A stretch of DNA of 64,000 nucleotides from a candidate division WWE3 bacterium (lineage in GTDB: Bacteria > Patescibacteriota > WWE3 > UBA101185 > UBA10185): the NCBI GenBank assembly GCA_012798115.1, contig JAAZNV010000006.1:19232-83231 (forward strand). Direction: 5' to 3'. The translations under genes were made by a program, and so were the position numbers. Position 1 is the stretch's first letter. Each line of letters opens with the position of its first letter. The notes under the pieces were generated by a model that worked only from the letters and a program-made list of their open reading frames with translations, searched no databases and had not been told where the DNA came from. This document shows positions 26,871 to 36,943 of this stretch, piece after piece.

Positions 26871-29800
26871 ATGAAAAAAATAAAAATAAAGATCCACAGT
26901 GAAAAACTGTTTTCGTATGTTGCTATGTTTTCTATGGTTGCAAATGTGTTATCTCCATTTGCAGCTGTGCTTCCTTCCACTGCTTATGCAGAAGGTTCTT
27001 CTACTACAGAAACTACTCAGCAAGTAGAGGAAGAATCTAAAGAAGAAGTTAAACCTGAGGAAGAAGCCCCTGCAGAAGAACCAGAAGGAACGGTAGAACA
27101 AATAGAAGAGCAGAGTACTGAAAAAGAAAGCACCGAAGAAACCCAAGAACCTGTACAAGAAGAAACTGCTGAGCCAAAAGTTTCAGTAGAGTCTTCAAAT
27201 GAAATACCAGAAGGTAAATTTACAATAGATTCAGTAGAGAGTCCTATAACAGAACCTGAAGTCGTAGAAGTTATAACTCCTGCTGAACCGGTAGTTGAAG
27301 AACCAGCAATGGTAGAAGAACAGACAGGAGATATACTTCCTGATGGAGTCTCTGACTACAGACCAGAGATAGAGATTGAAGAAGGTGAAGCTACAGAGGT
27401 TCAGGAAGTTGTAGATCCTGTTTCAACAGAAACTAGTAGTACAGAGCCGGAAGTAGTTATTACAGAGCCTAGTGAAACTGAACCAGCAGTAACTGTTGAA
27501 CCAATTACTCCAACTGAAACTGGAGAAACTCCTAAAGAAGTAATTAAAGAATATGAGACGTTAGCAGATGGAGCAGAAGTAAAAGATAGTACAAAAGAAG
27601 ATTGGGATATTGATGGGGAAAAAGCTGAAACGAGGGAAGTAGTTAAACTTGGTATTAAATATATTTTCCCTATAGATAGTGAGGATAATGAAGTTAGTGT
27701 TACATTTACTAAACTTCCAAAATTAAGTGAAGATAAATCTACTTTAATAATAGAAAGAGTAAAAGTATCAGATCTTGATTTACCTGAAGATTTTAAAACT
27801 GATGCAGAATATGCATTTGATATTACTACTCCAGATATGAATGATGGAGAATTTGAATATAATTTAACTCTTCCTAAACCTGAAGGTGTGGACGCAGAAG
27901 TTGCATATATAGAAAAATCAATAAATGAGGCTAAAGATGAAGTTAAGAGTGAAGATGTAAAAAAGGTTGAAGAAGATAAAATTGATCAGGACGGCGGAAG
28001 CATAAAAGTAGAAAGTTTAGATCACTTGACCTTATTTATTCCTCTTGGTGGTGTAGTTCTTAGTGTATCTGGTAGTTTTGATGGCGCAACACAGGTTACT
28101 GTGGAACCTGGGACTGCTATTGAAGTTGATATTACAGTAGAGCGTAGTGATGGTTGGGATTGGTGGAGTAATGATGTTGAAAATGATTGGAAAGCTACTT
28201 CTTGGAAAATAAATGATGGCTCTTGGAATTGTGAGAATCACAGTGATCATACATGGGGTAATGGGACAGACACAGGTTCCTTCAATATTACAGCTCCTCT
28301 GGCAGAAGGTACGTACGACGTCAGTTTCAGGGCACATAGAAGTAATTCATGCGAAGACACTGGTGTTAGTAATACATTTACGTTAACAAATGGAATTAAG
28401 GTTGAAAGTTACTCTGCTCCAAGTCCAACACTTCATTATAATGTTAACGATGATTATGTTTTAACATCTGTTTCAGGAGTCTGGACAGATGTAAATGGTG
28501 GTAGTGAAGTAACTGGCGAGGGAACTAATGAAGTTAGGTGGGGACGTAGCGCAGAATATGGCAAGAAGAGTGGATTAAGATTTGATGGCAGTGATCAACA
28601 AAGTTTTAATGAAGGAAGTAGTTTTTATCTTGGAGCATTAACGCACTTTAACTGGCCAATTACCAATGCTTCACGTGGAGCCACTCTTAAGATCACTTTG
28701 CATTTTTCTAAACCTGGTATAAGTCCAGATCCAGATTTTAGTTATGACTTTAATATAGAAGAAACTTCTAACAGCTATGGTCATTGTCTTTCTTGGCAGC
28801 AAAGTTCAACTCCTTGTGATGACAAGATAACATTTCCATCTAGTTATGGTGAAAAGAGTTTTACAATAGGAGATAAACTTTATACTCTAAAAATATTAGG
28901 ATTTGTTAACTCCTATCCAGGAGGTTCTCCTGTTTCTCAGTTTATTACAGAAGAACAAAAGAATAACACAGCTTATTTAGTTGGTACCCTTTCATCTGTT
29001 CTTGTTCCTGCTCCTCAAATAACCCTAGTTGAGAAAGCAATTAATGGTAATGATGCTGATTCGTCTCCTGGAGATAGCTTATATGTTGGAGATGCAGTAA
29101 CATTTACCTATCAAGTTCAAAATACAGGTAATGTTGATTTAACTAATATAGTTATTCATGATAACGACTCAAGTTTATCTGTTACTTGTCCTTCTACGTC
29201 TTTAACTTCTGGGTCTTCTATGACCTGTACAGCAACAAGTACCGTTAAGCTAGGGAATTATCACAATACTGCTTATGTAACAGCAAAGCATGGTTCTCAG
29301 TCTTTAAGGAGTAGTGATGAAGAAGGATATTATGTTGGTGTAAATAGAATAATTTGTGGCGATGGTATAAAAGATGTTTCGGAAGCATGTGATAACGGTC
29401 CTGATAATGGAGATGTTTGTACGGCTCCTTATGATGGGGATTGTAATTATTGTGGTGTAAGTTGTGAGATTATAACAGTGAGAGGGCCCTACTGTGGAGA
29501 TGGAACTAAGAATGGGTCGTCAGAACAGTGTGATGGTCTAGACTTGGGTAATCTACCATCTTCAGATTTTTCTTGTACTAAAAAATGTGAACTTAATTTA
29601 ATTCAAGATAAAGTAACTATTTGTCATGCTGACGCTTCTGGACATAAACCATATACCATCAATAAGCCAAATAAATCTGCTGATGTAAATGGACACGATG
29701 GGCATAATGGACCTATTTGGTTCCTAGGTATAACAGGCGATTGGGGAGATATAATTCCTCCATTTTATTACGTTGGGGGTTATTACGTCGGAAAAAACTG

Positions 29801-32800
29801 GACGCCTGAAGGTGAAGCAATTTGGAGGAACGGTTGTGATGTTCCACCATACTGTGGTGATGGGGTTATAAATCAGCCTACAGAACAATGTGATGATGCT
29901 AACTCTGTAAATAATGATGGGTGTAGTGCCACGTGCCAGCTTGAAACTGGAACAATTACAATTATTAAGGATGCACAACCTGATGATAGTCAAACATTTA
30001 ACTTTACATATGAGAGTAATCCTTATGCTATCGGTAATTTCAGCTTAACAGATAATGGAGGTGGCAATGAAAAGATAAGTTTTGCGTCTATTCCAATAGG
30101 GTCATACTCTTGGACTGAGGATCTAGTTACAGATTGGCGCTTGGATAGCATTGCATGTGATGATAGCAATAGCGTTGGGGACTTATCAGCAAGAAGAGTT
30201 GATGTTGTGTTAGATGCTAATGAACATGTAACTTGCATCTTTACTAATGTGTTGAAGACTGGGACAATCTCAGGAGTCAAATTTGAAGACATAAACGGCA
30301 ATCGTGTCCAGGACAGTAATGAACATGGACTATCTGGTTGGACAATATATATTGATAGCAATAAGAATAATCAATTGGATGCTGGTGAACCTACTCAGGT
30401 TACTGATGTAAATGGAAACTTTGTTTTCAATGGCTTAACTCCTGGAAAATACTGGGTGAAGGAAATTAATCAAACTGGTTGGAGTCAAACAGTGCCAGCA
30501 GGGCTATACCAGGAAGTTGATCTGAAAGCTGATGAAAATGAGTCTATATATTTTGGAAATCAAAGGAATCCAGTAACTATAAATGCATATAAAGTAGTTT
30601 GTGATAATGAGTCTTACTTACCAAATTATGGTATTGGTGGACCAGACATTACTTCTACAACAGCACAAGATTGGGTAAGTAACAGCAATGGACATTGTAA
30701 GCTTGAACCTAACTGGAAGTTCCAGTGGAGTTTTGATGGTGTAGATAATCCTGGAGATAATATAACCAGTGAAGCAGGAACAGGTTGGAATACTTTTGGT
30801 CCAACTGATGGTGATGGTTTTGCACAAGTTAAGATCTATCAGCTTGATACGCCTAAGCTTTGGTTTAGAGAAGTACTTCAAGATGGTTATATTCCATTTA
30901 CATATGGAGCACACCCCGATAATTCAGATAATGTAAGTGCTGAGTTTTACTGCAATGATGATGTTTTTAACTACGATAACTGGGAATGGATAGATAACCC
31001 GCAATACGGAAATACTTACTACTGTGTTGCATGGAACACACTAAAGAAGGGATCTTTAGAAGTAACAAAGACTGTAAACTGGACAGAAATTATTCCTGAT
31101 GTGTCAAAGACTTTTGAAGTATGTATAACAGGTCCTTCTTACACATCTGGAAACTGCAAGACGATAGATTATGATGGTGGAACTTTAACGTGGAATGATT
31201 TATTGCTGGGTGATTACACAATAACAGAATCTGATCTTGGTGCACATTGGTCAGTTGTTGGTTCTGGATCTGTAGTTTCAGTATCTGATTCCTCTACGAC
31301 ACATCAAATAACTAATACATACATCCCATACTGTGGCGATGGAGTTAAGAATGGAGCAGAGCAATGTGATGGGAGAAGTGGAGTTAATGAAGATATGGAG
31401 TTTTGTACTAGCCAGTGTAAGCTAGTTCCAGTTTACGATGGTAATCATGAGTGTCCAAAAGGAACAATTGAAAAATATATTACCGGAATTACTTTAGGTA
31501 GCCAAAGTAGTTCTTTGCAAACACTTAATTTATCAGGTGGGAGATCTTATCTTCTAAAAGCTTTTGGAACTTACCAATATGGTAGTGGTTCTACAAGAAA
31601 AGCTGACCCAGCTTATGGATCTGAGGATAATTTTGCTACCTGGAGACCTGATATAGGAATTTGGGGTGTAAACAACAGAGGTGTTACTTCAATTCTAGGA
31701 AATCTAGGACGTGGGATGGGTGTAATTGAATGGGATAACGATAAAAATATTGATGAAGATCACATTTATGAAAAGTTAATTAAGCCTGAAAGTGACTTGG
31801 AAGCAAAGTTTGTTATTAGCGACTGGTACAGCAATTGGTATGGAAACAGCTGTGATAATCAAGGTTGTATGACTGATAATAATGGCTCGTTGAATGTAGA
31901 TTTGTATGAATGTGTTGAACCAAGTTCAATTCAAGGAAAGAAATTCAAAGATGTTAATGGCAATGGGATAAGAGACAGTGGTGATACGTACCTTGATGGT
32001 TGGACAGTAAATCTGTATCAACAAAAAGAAGGGTGGAGTTTAGTAAAAAGCATGATAACAGGCAATGATTTAACTGAAGCTGGATCAGTAGATCAAGGTC
32101 AATACAGATTTGTTAATCTTCTTCCTGGAAAGTATTTAGTTTGTGAGGAACTTAAGTCTGGTTGGGTGCAAACAGCACCAGTTGAAGGGACTTCTTATAA
32201 CGGTACTACTTGTTACGAAATAGACCTAGCAGCTGGAAAAAGTGAGGTTGGAAAAGTGTTTGGTAACTTTGAATTAGGAAAAGTTCAAGGTATGAAGTTT
32301 AATGATCTAGATGGGGATGGAAACTCACATGAAACTGGTGAAGAATATTTAAATGGTTGGACAATTAGATTATATAAAGATTGGGCAGAACCAGTTGAAG
32401 TTATAACTTCAAATACAGGAACTTTAGGGCAATATAAATTCGAGAATTTAAAGCCAGGAACTTATCAGGTTTGTGAGGTTTTACAACAAGGATGGGTACA
32501 GACATGGCCAAGTGCTGGGGATATTCCAGTTGGAGACAATGGAGTTACACACCCCAACTATGGAACTGCTGTTATTAATTCATCTAGTGCTTTAGATGAG
32601 GGTGCAAATTGCTGGCAAACAGTAGTTTCCGCATCGGGTCAATTCAATCAGCTGTTAAGGTTTGGGAACTCAAATCTTGGATCAATTCATGGTATGAAGT
32701 ATATAGATACTTCTGGTGATGGGAACTTTGATAGCGGAACCGATTGGGGTGCTTCTGGTTGGACAATAAATTTGTATAAACTAGTTAATAGCACGTATGT

Positions 32801-34994
32801 TCTTGCAAGTTCGGTATCAACTGATTCAAATGGATATTATTCATTTGCAAATCTCGAGCAAGGAACATACAAGTTGGAAGAAGTTCAACAATCTGGTTAT
32901 CAAATTATAAATCCATCTGCAGGAATTTATGAAGGAATTATTTTAAATCCTGGAGATAATTTAACGAATTATAACTTTGGTAATTTCCAGAACGGGAGTG
33001 TGTACGGTTGCAAGTACAACGACTTAGACGGTGATGGTGTTAGAAATAGAGAAATTGAACCTCAAATGGCAGGTGTAACAATGAACTTATATGATTCTTC
33101 ATGGAATTTAGTAGCATCAACAGCTACATCTGAAGGCTCTGGATATGGTAATAATTACTCGTTTAGTAATCTTCTTGGAAAGGGTACTTATTACGTTTGT
33201 GAAGTAATGTGGAAAGGTTGGGCACAAACTGAACCTAACGCGGAAAATGGTGTACTAAATGTATCACCAAATGCAGAAAATGAAGGTTCTTACTGCAGAA
33301 AGATAGAAAATAACTACTCTGGTGGTGGTTATGCAAGTCAAAGGTTTGGTAATGTTTTTGTAAATCCAAAACTTCAAATCTCAAAGAGTAATGATGCATC
33401 TTCTGCAAAGAAGATTGGAGATATTGTTACATTTACCATAAAGGTAAAAGTATTAGACTTCAAGCTTGATAATGTAACAGTTCTAGATCTTCTTCCAAAA
33501 GGATTCATATTCCAAGATGAGGATTGGGGAGTAACCTCCAGCAACCCATTGTTTAGTTTCACAGGAGATCCTCATTATGCCTCTCCTGGGACATGGAAGT
33601 TAGGGAGTCTACAGAAAGATGAAGAAGTTACTATTACATATGAGGCTAAAGTTGGATCAGATGTAGACCCTGGTGTTTATAAAGATTTGGCTTGGACTTC
33701 TGGGGATGATATTTTAGGTAGTAATGTCTTAGGCTTGGCTCAAGATGGTAAGGTAAATGATTATTTTGTAGGTACAGAAGTTGAAGTAACAAAGGACAAG
33801 GATTCTACTAAAGATACAGTTGATGTGAAAGAAACAGAAGAAGAGGAAGAGAAAGAAGAAGTGTTGGGTGCTTCTGATGTAAGATTACCTGCTACAGGAG
33901 CTAGCACAGCTATACTAGATGTAGTTTTAATAGCTGGTTTAGTGGGAGCCTTACTTATGATAATTGGAGGTATAGGAAAAATGTTAAAAGCTAAAAAGAA
34001 AAAGGATAAAAACTCAAGACTTAAAAAAGCGTTGTTAACAATGCTTATGTTAAGTTTTAGTTTGATACTTACTAGTAAAGTGTATGCAGAGTCAGACTCT
34101 AAACTAGTTGCTAGAATAGAAGATCCTAAATCTCCTGCTATATCATCGTTCAGCTTAAGCTTTGTTGTTCTTGATGCAAATGAAACACCAAGAAGTATTG
34201 AAGCTCAATGCTGGAAGAAAGGCCCGCTTGATTTAGACTTTGTTAAGTTTGCAGATCCTAGCGTTGATGGTGTGGGTGGAAACACAAATAATTGTTTGGT
34301 TGATAATTCAGTATTAACAAAATCAGGGACATATGTGTTTAAAGTTAAGGTTAAGGCTGATAGCGGTGATTGGCAAGATTCAATAAACACAGCCGCTGTT
34401 GTGTTTGATAATGATGGACCTGATAAACCGAAATATATAGAAAAAGATAAGAAGTCTGATTGCAAATATGAGATAACGCTAAAAACAGCAGATGATGATC
34501 AAACATCTTATATAGAAGTGTATAAAGATGATGATAAAGAAATGAATCTTCATTCTGGTAACTTGATTAAGACTAAGACAATAGGACCTGATGAAAAATA
34601 TGAATTTACGTATGAAGTTTATAGCAGTGATTGTGCAAAAACATGGTATTTTGCTGTAATTGCATTTGATGATTCTGGTAATGCATCGGATCCTAGAGCT
34701 GAAGAAGTAGTTACAAAGGTTACAGTAACAAAAACTACTAAAACGGAAGAAGTGCTTGGGGCGCTTGAAGTTCCTGGTGGAGCAAACCTTTCGCAGGAAG
34801 GTGAAGGAGCAAACAAGGAAGTACCTACTAAGACTAGTGAAGAATCAAAAGGTGCAGTTCTTGGAGAAAAAACTCAAGAACAAGGATTTGTGCTAAGGGT
34901 AGTTAAGTCTTTATGGTTTTGGTTAATAATTGTTCTTCTTGTGTATATCATTGTACGTGTTGTTAAAAAGAAACAAAATAAAAAGAAAAGGTAA
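26871..34994 (+). CDS. Giant modular cell-surface protein (about 2707 aa) with an internal LPATG sorting signal and an in-frame C-terminal module.
   Basis: Signal peptide, acidic E/T/P-rich spacer, at least three CGDG...CDDGN Myxococcus-type Cys-rich repeats, five SdrD-B/Cna-B-like repeats (GxKFxDxNGNG...GWTIxLY...PGxYxVxE), a DUF11-like repeat, then LPATG, TM and KAKKKKDK tail. Confidence 0.85.
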   Translation: MKKIKIKIHSEKLFSYVAMFSMVANVLSPFAAVLPSTAYAEGSSTTETTQQVEEESKEEVKPEEEAPAEEPEGTVEQIEEQSTEKESTEETQEPVQEETAEPKVSVESSNEIPEGKFTIDSVESPITEPEVVEVITPAEPVVEEPAMVEEQTGDILPDGVSDYRPEIEIEEGEATEVQEVVDPVSTETSSTEPEVVITEPSETEPAVTVEPITPTETGETPKEVIKEYETLADGAEVKDSTKEDWDIDGEKAETREVVKLGIKYIFPIDSEDNEVSVTFTKLPKLSEDKSTLIIERVKVSDLDLPEDFKTDAEYAFDITTPDMNDGEFEYNLTLPKPEGVDAEVAYIEKSINEAKDEVKSEDVKKVEEDKIDQDGGSIKVESLDHLTLFIPLGGVVLSVSGSFDGATQVTVEPGTAIEVDITVERSDGWDWWSNDVENDWKATSWKINDGSWNCENHSDHTWGNGTDTGSFNITAPLAEGTYDVSFRAHRSNSCEDTGVSNTFTLTNGIKVESYSAPSPTLHYNVNDDYVLTSVSGVWTDVNGGSEVTGEGTNEVRWGRSAEYGKKSGLRFDGSDQQSFNEGSSFYLGALTHFNWPITNASRGATLKITLHFSKPGISPDPDFSYDFNIEETSNSYGHCLSWQQSSTPCDDKITFPSSYGEKSFTIGDKLYTLKILGFVNSYPGGSPVSQFITEEQKNNTAYLVGTLSSVLVPAPQITLVEKAINGNDADSSPGDSLYVGDAVTFTYQVQNTGNVDLTNIVIHDNDSSLSVTCPSTSLTSGSSMTCTATSTVKLGNYHNTAYVTAKHGSQSLRSSDEEGYYVGVNRIICGDGIKDVSEACDNGPDNGDVCTAPYDGDCNYCGVSCEIITVRGPYCGDGTKNGSSEQCDGLDLGNLPSSDFSCTKKCELNLIQDKVTICHADASGHKPYTINKPNKSADVNGHDGHNGPIWFLGITGDWGDIIPPFYYVGGYYVGKNWTPEGEAIWRNGCDVPPYCGDGVINQPTEQCDDANSVNNDGCSATCQLETGTITIIKDAQPDDSQTFNFTYESNPYAIGNFSLTDNGGGNEKISFASIPIGSYSWTEDLVTDWRLDSIACDDSNSVGDLSARRVDVVLDANEHVTCIFTNVLKTGTISGVKFEDINGNRVQDSNEHGLSGWTIYIDSNKNNQLDAGEPTQVTDVNGNFVFNGLTPGKYWVKEINQTGWSQTVPAGLYQEVDLKADENESIYFGNQRNPVTINAYKVVCDNESYLPNYGIGGPDITSTTAQDWVSNSNGHCKLEPNWKFQWSFDGVDNPGDNITSEAGTGWNTFGPTDGDGFAQVKIYQLDTPKLWFREVLQDGYIPFTYGAHPDNSDNVSAEFYCNDDVFNYDNWEWIDNPQYGNTYYCVAWNTLKKGSLEVTKTVNWTEIIPDVSKTFEVCITGPSYTSGNCKTIDYDGGTLTWNDLLLGDYTITESDLGAHWSVVGSGSVVSVSDSSTTHQITNTYIPYCGDGVKNGAEQCDGRSGVNEDMEFCTSQCKLVPVYDGNHECPKGTIEKYITGITLGSQSSSLQTLNLSGGRSYLLKAFGTYQYGSGSTRKADPAYGSEDNFATWRPDIGIWGVNNRGVTSILGNLGRGMGVIEWDNDKNIDEDHIYEKLIKPESDLEAKFVISDWYSNWYGNSCDNQGCMTDNNGSLNVDLYECVEPSSIQGKKFKDVNGNGIRDSGDTYLDGWTVNLYQQKEGWSLVKSMITGNDLTEAGSVDQGQYRFVNLLPGKYLVCEELKSGWVQTAPVEGTSYNGTTCYEIDLAAGKSEVGKVFGNFELGKVQGMKFNDLDGDGNSHETGEEYLNGWTIRLYKDWAEPVEVITSNTGTLGQYKFENLKPGTYQVCEVLQQGWVQTWPSAGDIPVGDNGVTHPNYGTAVINSSSALDEGANCWQTVVSASGQFNQLLRFGNSNLGSIHGMKYIDTSGDGNFDSGTDWGASGWTINLYKLVNSTYVLASSVSTDSNGYYSFANLEQGTYKLEEVQQSGYQIINPSAGIYEGIILNPGDNLTNYNFGNFQNGSVYGCKYNDLDGDGVRNREIEPQMAGVTMNLYDSSWNLVASTATSEGSGYGNNYSFSNLLGKGTYYVCEVMWKGWAQTEPNAENGVLNVSPNAENEGSYCRKIENNYSGGGYASQRFGNVFVNPKLQISKSNDASSAKKIGDIVTFTIKVKVLDFKLDNVTVLDLLPKGFIFQDEDWGVTSSNPLFSFTGDPHYASPGTWKLGSLQKDEEVTITYEAKVGSDVDPGVYKDLAWTSGDDILGSNVLGLAQDGKVNDYFVGTEVEVTKDKDSTKDTVDVKETEEEEEKEEVLGASDVRLPATGASTAILDVVLIAGLVGALLMIIGGIGKMLKAKKKKDKNSRLKKALLTMLMLSFSLILTSKVYAESDSKLVARIEDPKSPAISSFSLSFVVLDANETPRSIEAQCWKKGPLDLDFVKFADPSVDGVGGNTNNCLVDNSVLTKSGTYVFKVKVKADSGDWQDSINTAAVVFDNDGPDKPKYIEKDKKSDCKYEITLKTADDDQTSYIEVYKDDDKEMNLHSGNLIKTKTIGPDEKYEFTYEVYSSDCAKTWYFAVIAFDDSGNASDPRAEEVVTKVTVTKTTKTEEVLGALEVPGGANLSQEGEGANKEVPTKTSEESKGAVLGEKTQEQGFVLRVVKSLWFWLIIVLLVYIIVRVVKKKQNKKKR
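30258..33240 (+). repeat. Region encoding five divergent SdrD-B-like (Cna-B type) beta-sandwich repeats, interleaved with other domains, inside the giant CDS.
   Basis: Repeating protein pattern (I/V)xG(V/M)K(F/Y)xDxNG(N/D)G...GL(S/D)GWT(I/V)xLY...GxYxFxNLxPGxYxVxE...GWxQTxP, seen five times. Confidence 0.6.
33885..33899 (+). other. LPATG sortase recognition motif codons (followed by a hydrophobic segment 33900-33980 and a basic tail), internal to the giant ORF.
   Basis: TTA CCT GCT ACA GGA read directly; downstream ASTAILDVVLIAGLVGALLMIIGGIG then KMLKAKKKKDK. Confidence 0.75.
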
Positions 34995-35628
34995 CTTAGA
35001 TCTGCTAGATACTTTAATTAGACTAGGGCTATTTTTAATAGCCCTAGCTTTGTTACTATTTGTTGTTATCTTTTGTCCTGTAGTTATTAAAGAAATAGAG
35101 TATAGATTATCAAAACCTAGTGAAAATATGGTTGTTCTAGCCCCTAAGAGCAGTTCTACAGGGGTTGCTAATGAGGGTAAAGAAATAGTACCAGTAGATA
35201 AGGATTTTAGTATTGTAGTGCCAAAAATCAAAGCAAACTCTAAGGTAATTCCTGATGTAGATCCTTATGACTCTAAAATATACCAAAAGGAATTAACTAA
35301 GGGAGTTGCTCATGCCAAAGGCAGTGTTTACCCTGGACAAGTAGGCAACTCTTTTTACTTTGCTCATTCTTCAGACAATTTTTATAATGCAAATAGATAT
35401 AATTCAGTTTTTTATCTCTTAAATAAATTGGAAGAAGGAGATTTGTTTTATTTTTCTTATAAAGAAGAATTATTCAAGTATAAGGTTGTTCAAACAAAGA
35501 TCGTTGAATCAGAATCAATCAATTACTTAAGTGGAAAAACAAATAGAAAACTAGCAACACTCATGACCTGTTGGCCAGCAGGTACTACACTTAAAAGATT
35601 GGTTGTGGTGGGAGAGCTAGTAGAATAA
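34930..35628 (+). CDS. Sortase (class A/E-like transpeptidase).
   Basis: N-terminal membrane anchor, catalytic His region (YFAHSSDNF), Cys motif (LATLMTCWPAG), conserved Arg (TLKRLVVVG). It overlaps the last 65 nt of the LPXTG substrate gene in another frame. Confidence 0.75.
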   Translation: MFFLCISLYVLLKRNKIKRKGNLDLLDTLIRLGLFLIALALLLFVVIFCPVVIKEIEYRLSKPSENMVVLAPKSSSTGVANEGKEIVPVDKDFSIVVPKIKANSKVIPDVDPYDSKIYQKELTKGVAHAKGSVYPGQVGNSFYFAHSSDNFYNANRYNSVFYLLNKLEEGDLFYFSYKEELFKYKVVQTKIVESESINYLSGKTNRKLATLMTCWPAGTTLKRLVVVGELVE

Positions 35629-35673
35629 CACCTTTTTCTAGATTCAATTTTCTTTGTAGTTTATAATATCTAC

Positions 35674-36924
35674 ATGTCCAAAGTCTCAAATATTAGCTCA
35701 GACTCTTTTTTGCAAGATTCCATTGATTCAAACAGCTTAGACAATATGAACTTACAACCTCTTCAAGAGAGTACTTCTCAAGTAACAACTTTATATCCGG
35801 AGAAGAATATTATGAATGGAAAAGGAAATAAAAAAGCTTTAAGAATAATTAAAATAATATTTGCATTATTTCTTGTCTTGTTTGTTGCTTGGTTGATTCT
35901 TTCTAAGACGAGCAGTGGCAATATTGTGAGTCCATTTTCTAATAATTCAACTGTAAATAAAGAAACTAAAGTAATGTGTGATTTAACTGGAGAATACTTT
36001 ACTGAAGATCAAGCTGCTTACTGGAAAGATCAAAGACCTTTTGGAGTGATGATAAATAATCATGTTGATGCTAGACCTCAGTCTGGTTTAGTTTATGCAG
36101 ACTTGGTTTATGAGATAGTTGCTGAAGGAGGAATTACAAGGTTCTTAGCTTTCTTTCTTTCTAATACCCCAGAGAAAATTGGTCCTGTAAGAAGCACTCG
36201 TGAGTATTATCTTGTTTTGGTAAAAGAACTTAGTGATGCAATGATTATGCATATTGGATATTCCCCACAAGCTCTTATTGCAATAGATACGTGGCCAGTT
36301 AGAAGTTTATTTAGAGGTGGTTGTGAGTCTTTGCCTGGGTGTGAGTGGAGAGATAATCCAAGAAATGTAGCTTACGAGCATACTGCATTTGTTAATGGTG
36401 TAAAACTAAGAGAGCTTGGTGCAAGCTTAGGATGGGAAGGAAAGGGGGATATTAGACTTTGGAAGTTCAAGGATTCTGCTGATAAATATTCTCAAAGGCC
36501 AAGTGCAAGTAAAGTATCAATTGATTTTTGGACTAAAGGAGATTATTCAAGCATATTTACTTATAATCAGCAAAATAATTCTTATCTTAAATACACTGGT
36601 TATGATTCTAGTGACCAACCAATTCCAACTGTAGATCAAGAAACAAATGTACAAGTAGAAGTTAAAAATCTAATTGTCCAATTTGCAACGGAAACATCCA
36701 TAGATGGGGATGAAAAAGGAAGATTAGAGTATCAGCTTGTTGGGAGTGGAAAGGCCTTAGTATTTGTTGATGGAAAGGTAATTAATGCTACTTGGAATAA
36801 GTCAGGAAGAGATGATAGAACCATATTTTACGATACAGATGGAAATGAGGTAGAATTTAATAGAGGAAAATTTTGGATAGCAATAGTACCTGACAGGAAC
36901 GTTGATCAGGTAGTCTATAATTAA
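35674..36924 (+). CDS. DUF3048 (YerB-like) domain lipoprotein or membrane-anchored protein.
   Basis: DQRPFGVMINNHVDARPQSGLVYADLVYEIVAEGGITRFLAFF matches the DUF3048 N-terminal region. Confidence 0.6.
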   Translation: MSKVSNISSDSFLQDSIDSNSLDNMNLQPLQESTSQVTTLYPEKNIMNGKGNKKALRIIKIIFALFLVLFVAWLILSKTSSGNIVSPFSNNSTVNKETKVMCDLTGEYFTEDQAAYWKDQRPFGVMINNHVDARPQSGLVYADLVYEIVAEGGITRFLAFFLSNTPEKIGPVRSTREYYLVLVKELSDAMIMHIGYSPQALIAIDTWPVRSLFRGGCESLPGCEWRDNPRNVAYEHTAFVNGVKLRELGASLGWEGKGDIRLWKFKDSADKYSQRPSASKVSIDFWTKGDYSSIFTYNQQNNSYLKYTGYDSSDQPIPTVDQETNVQVEVKNLIVQFATETSIDGDEKGRLEYQLVGSGKALVFVDGKVINATWNKSGRDDRTIFYDTDGNEVEFNRGKFWIAIVPDRNVDQVVYN

Positions 36925-36943
36925 TCTGCCCCAAGGAATAAAT

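Noticed and set aside
26990-27600. Possible tandem DNA repeats in the E/T/P-rich N-terminal spacer of the giant protein.
   Set aside because: Low-complexity acidic sequence without exact or near-exact periodic units at the nucleotide level.
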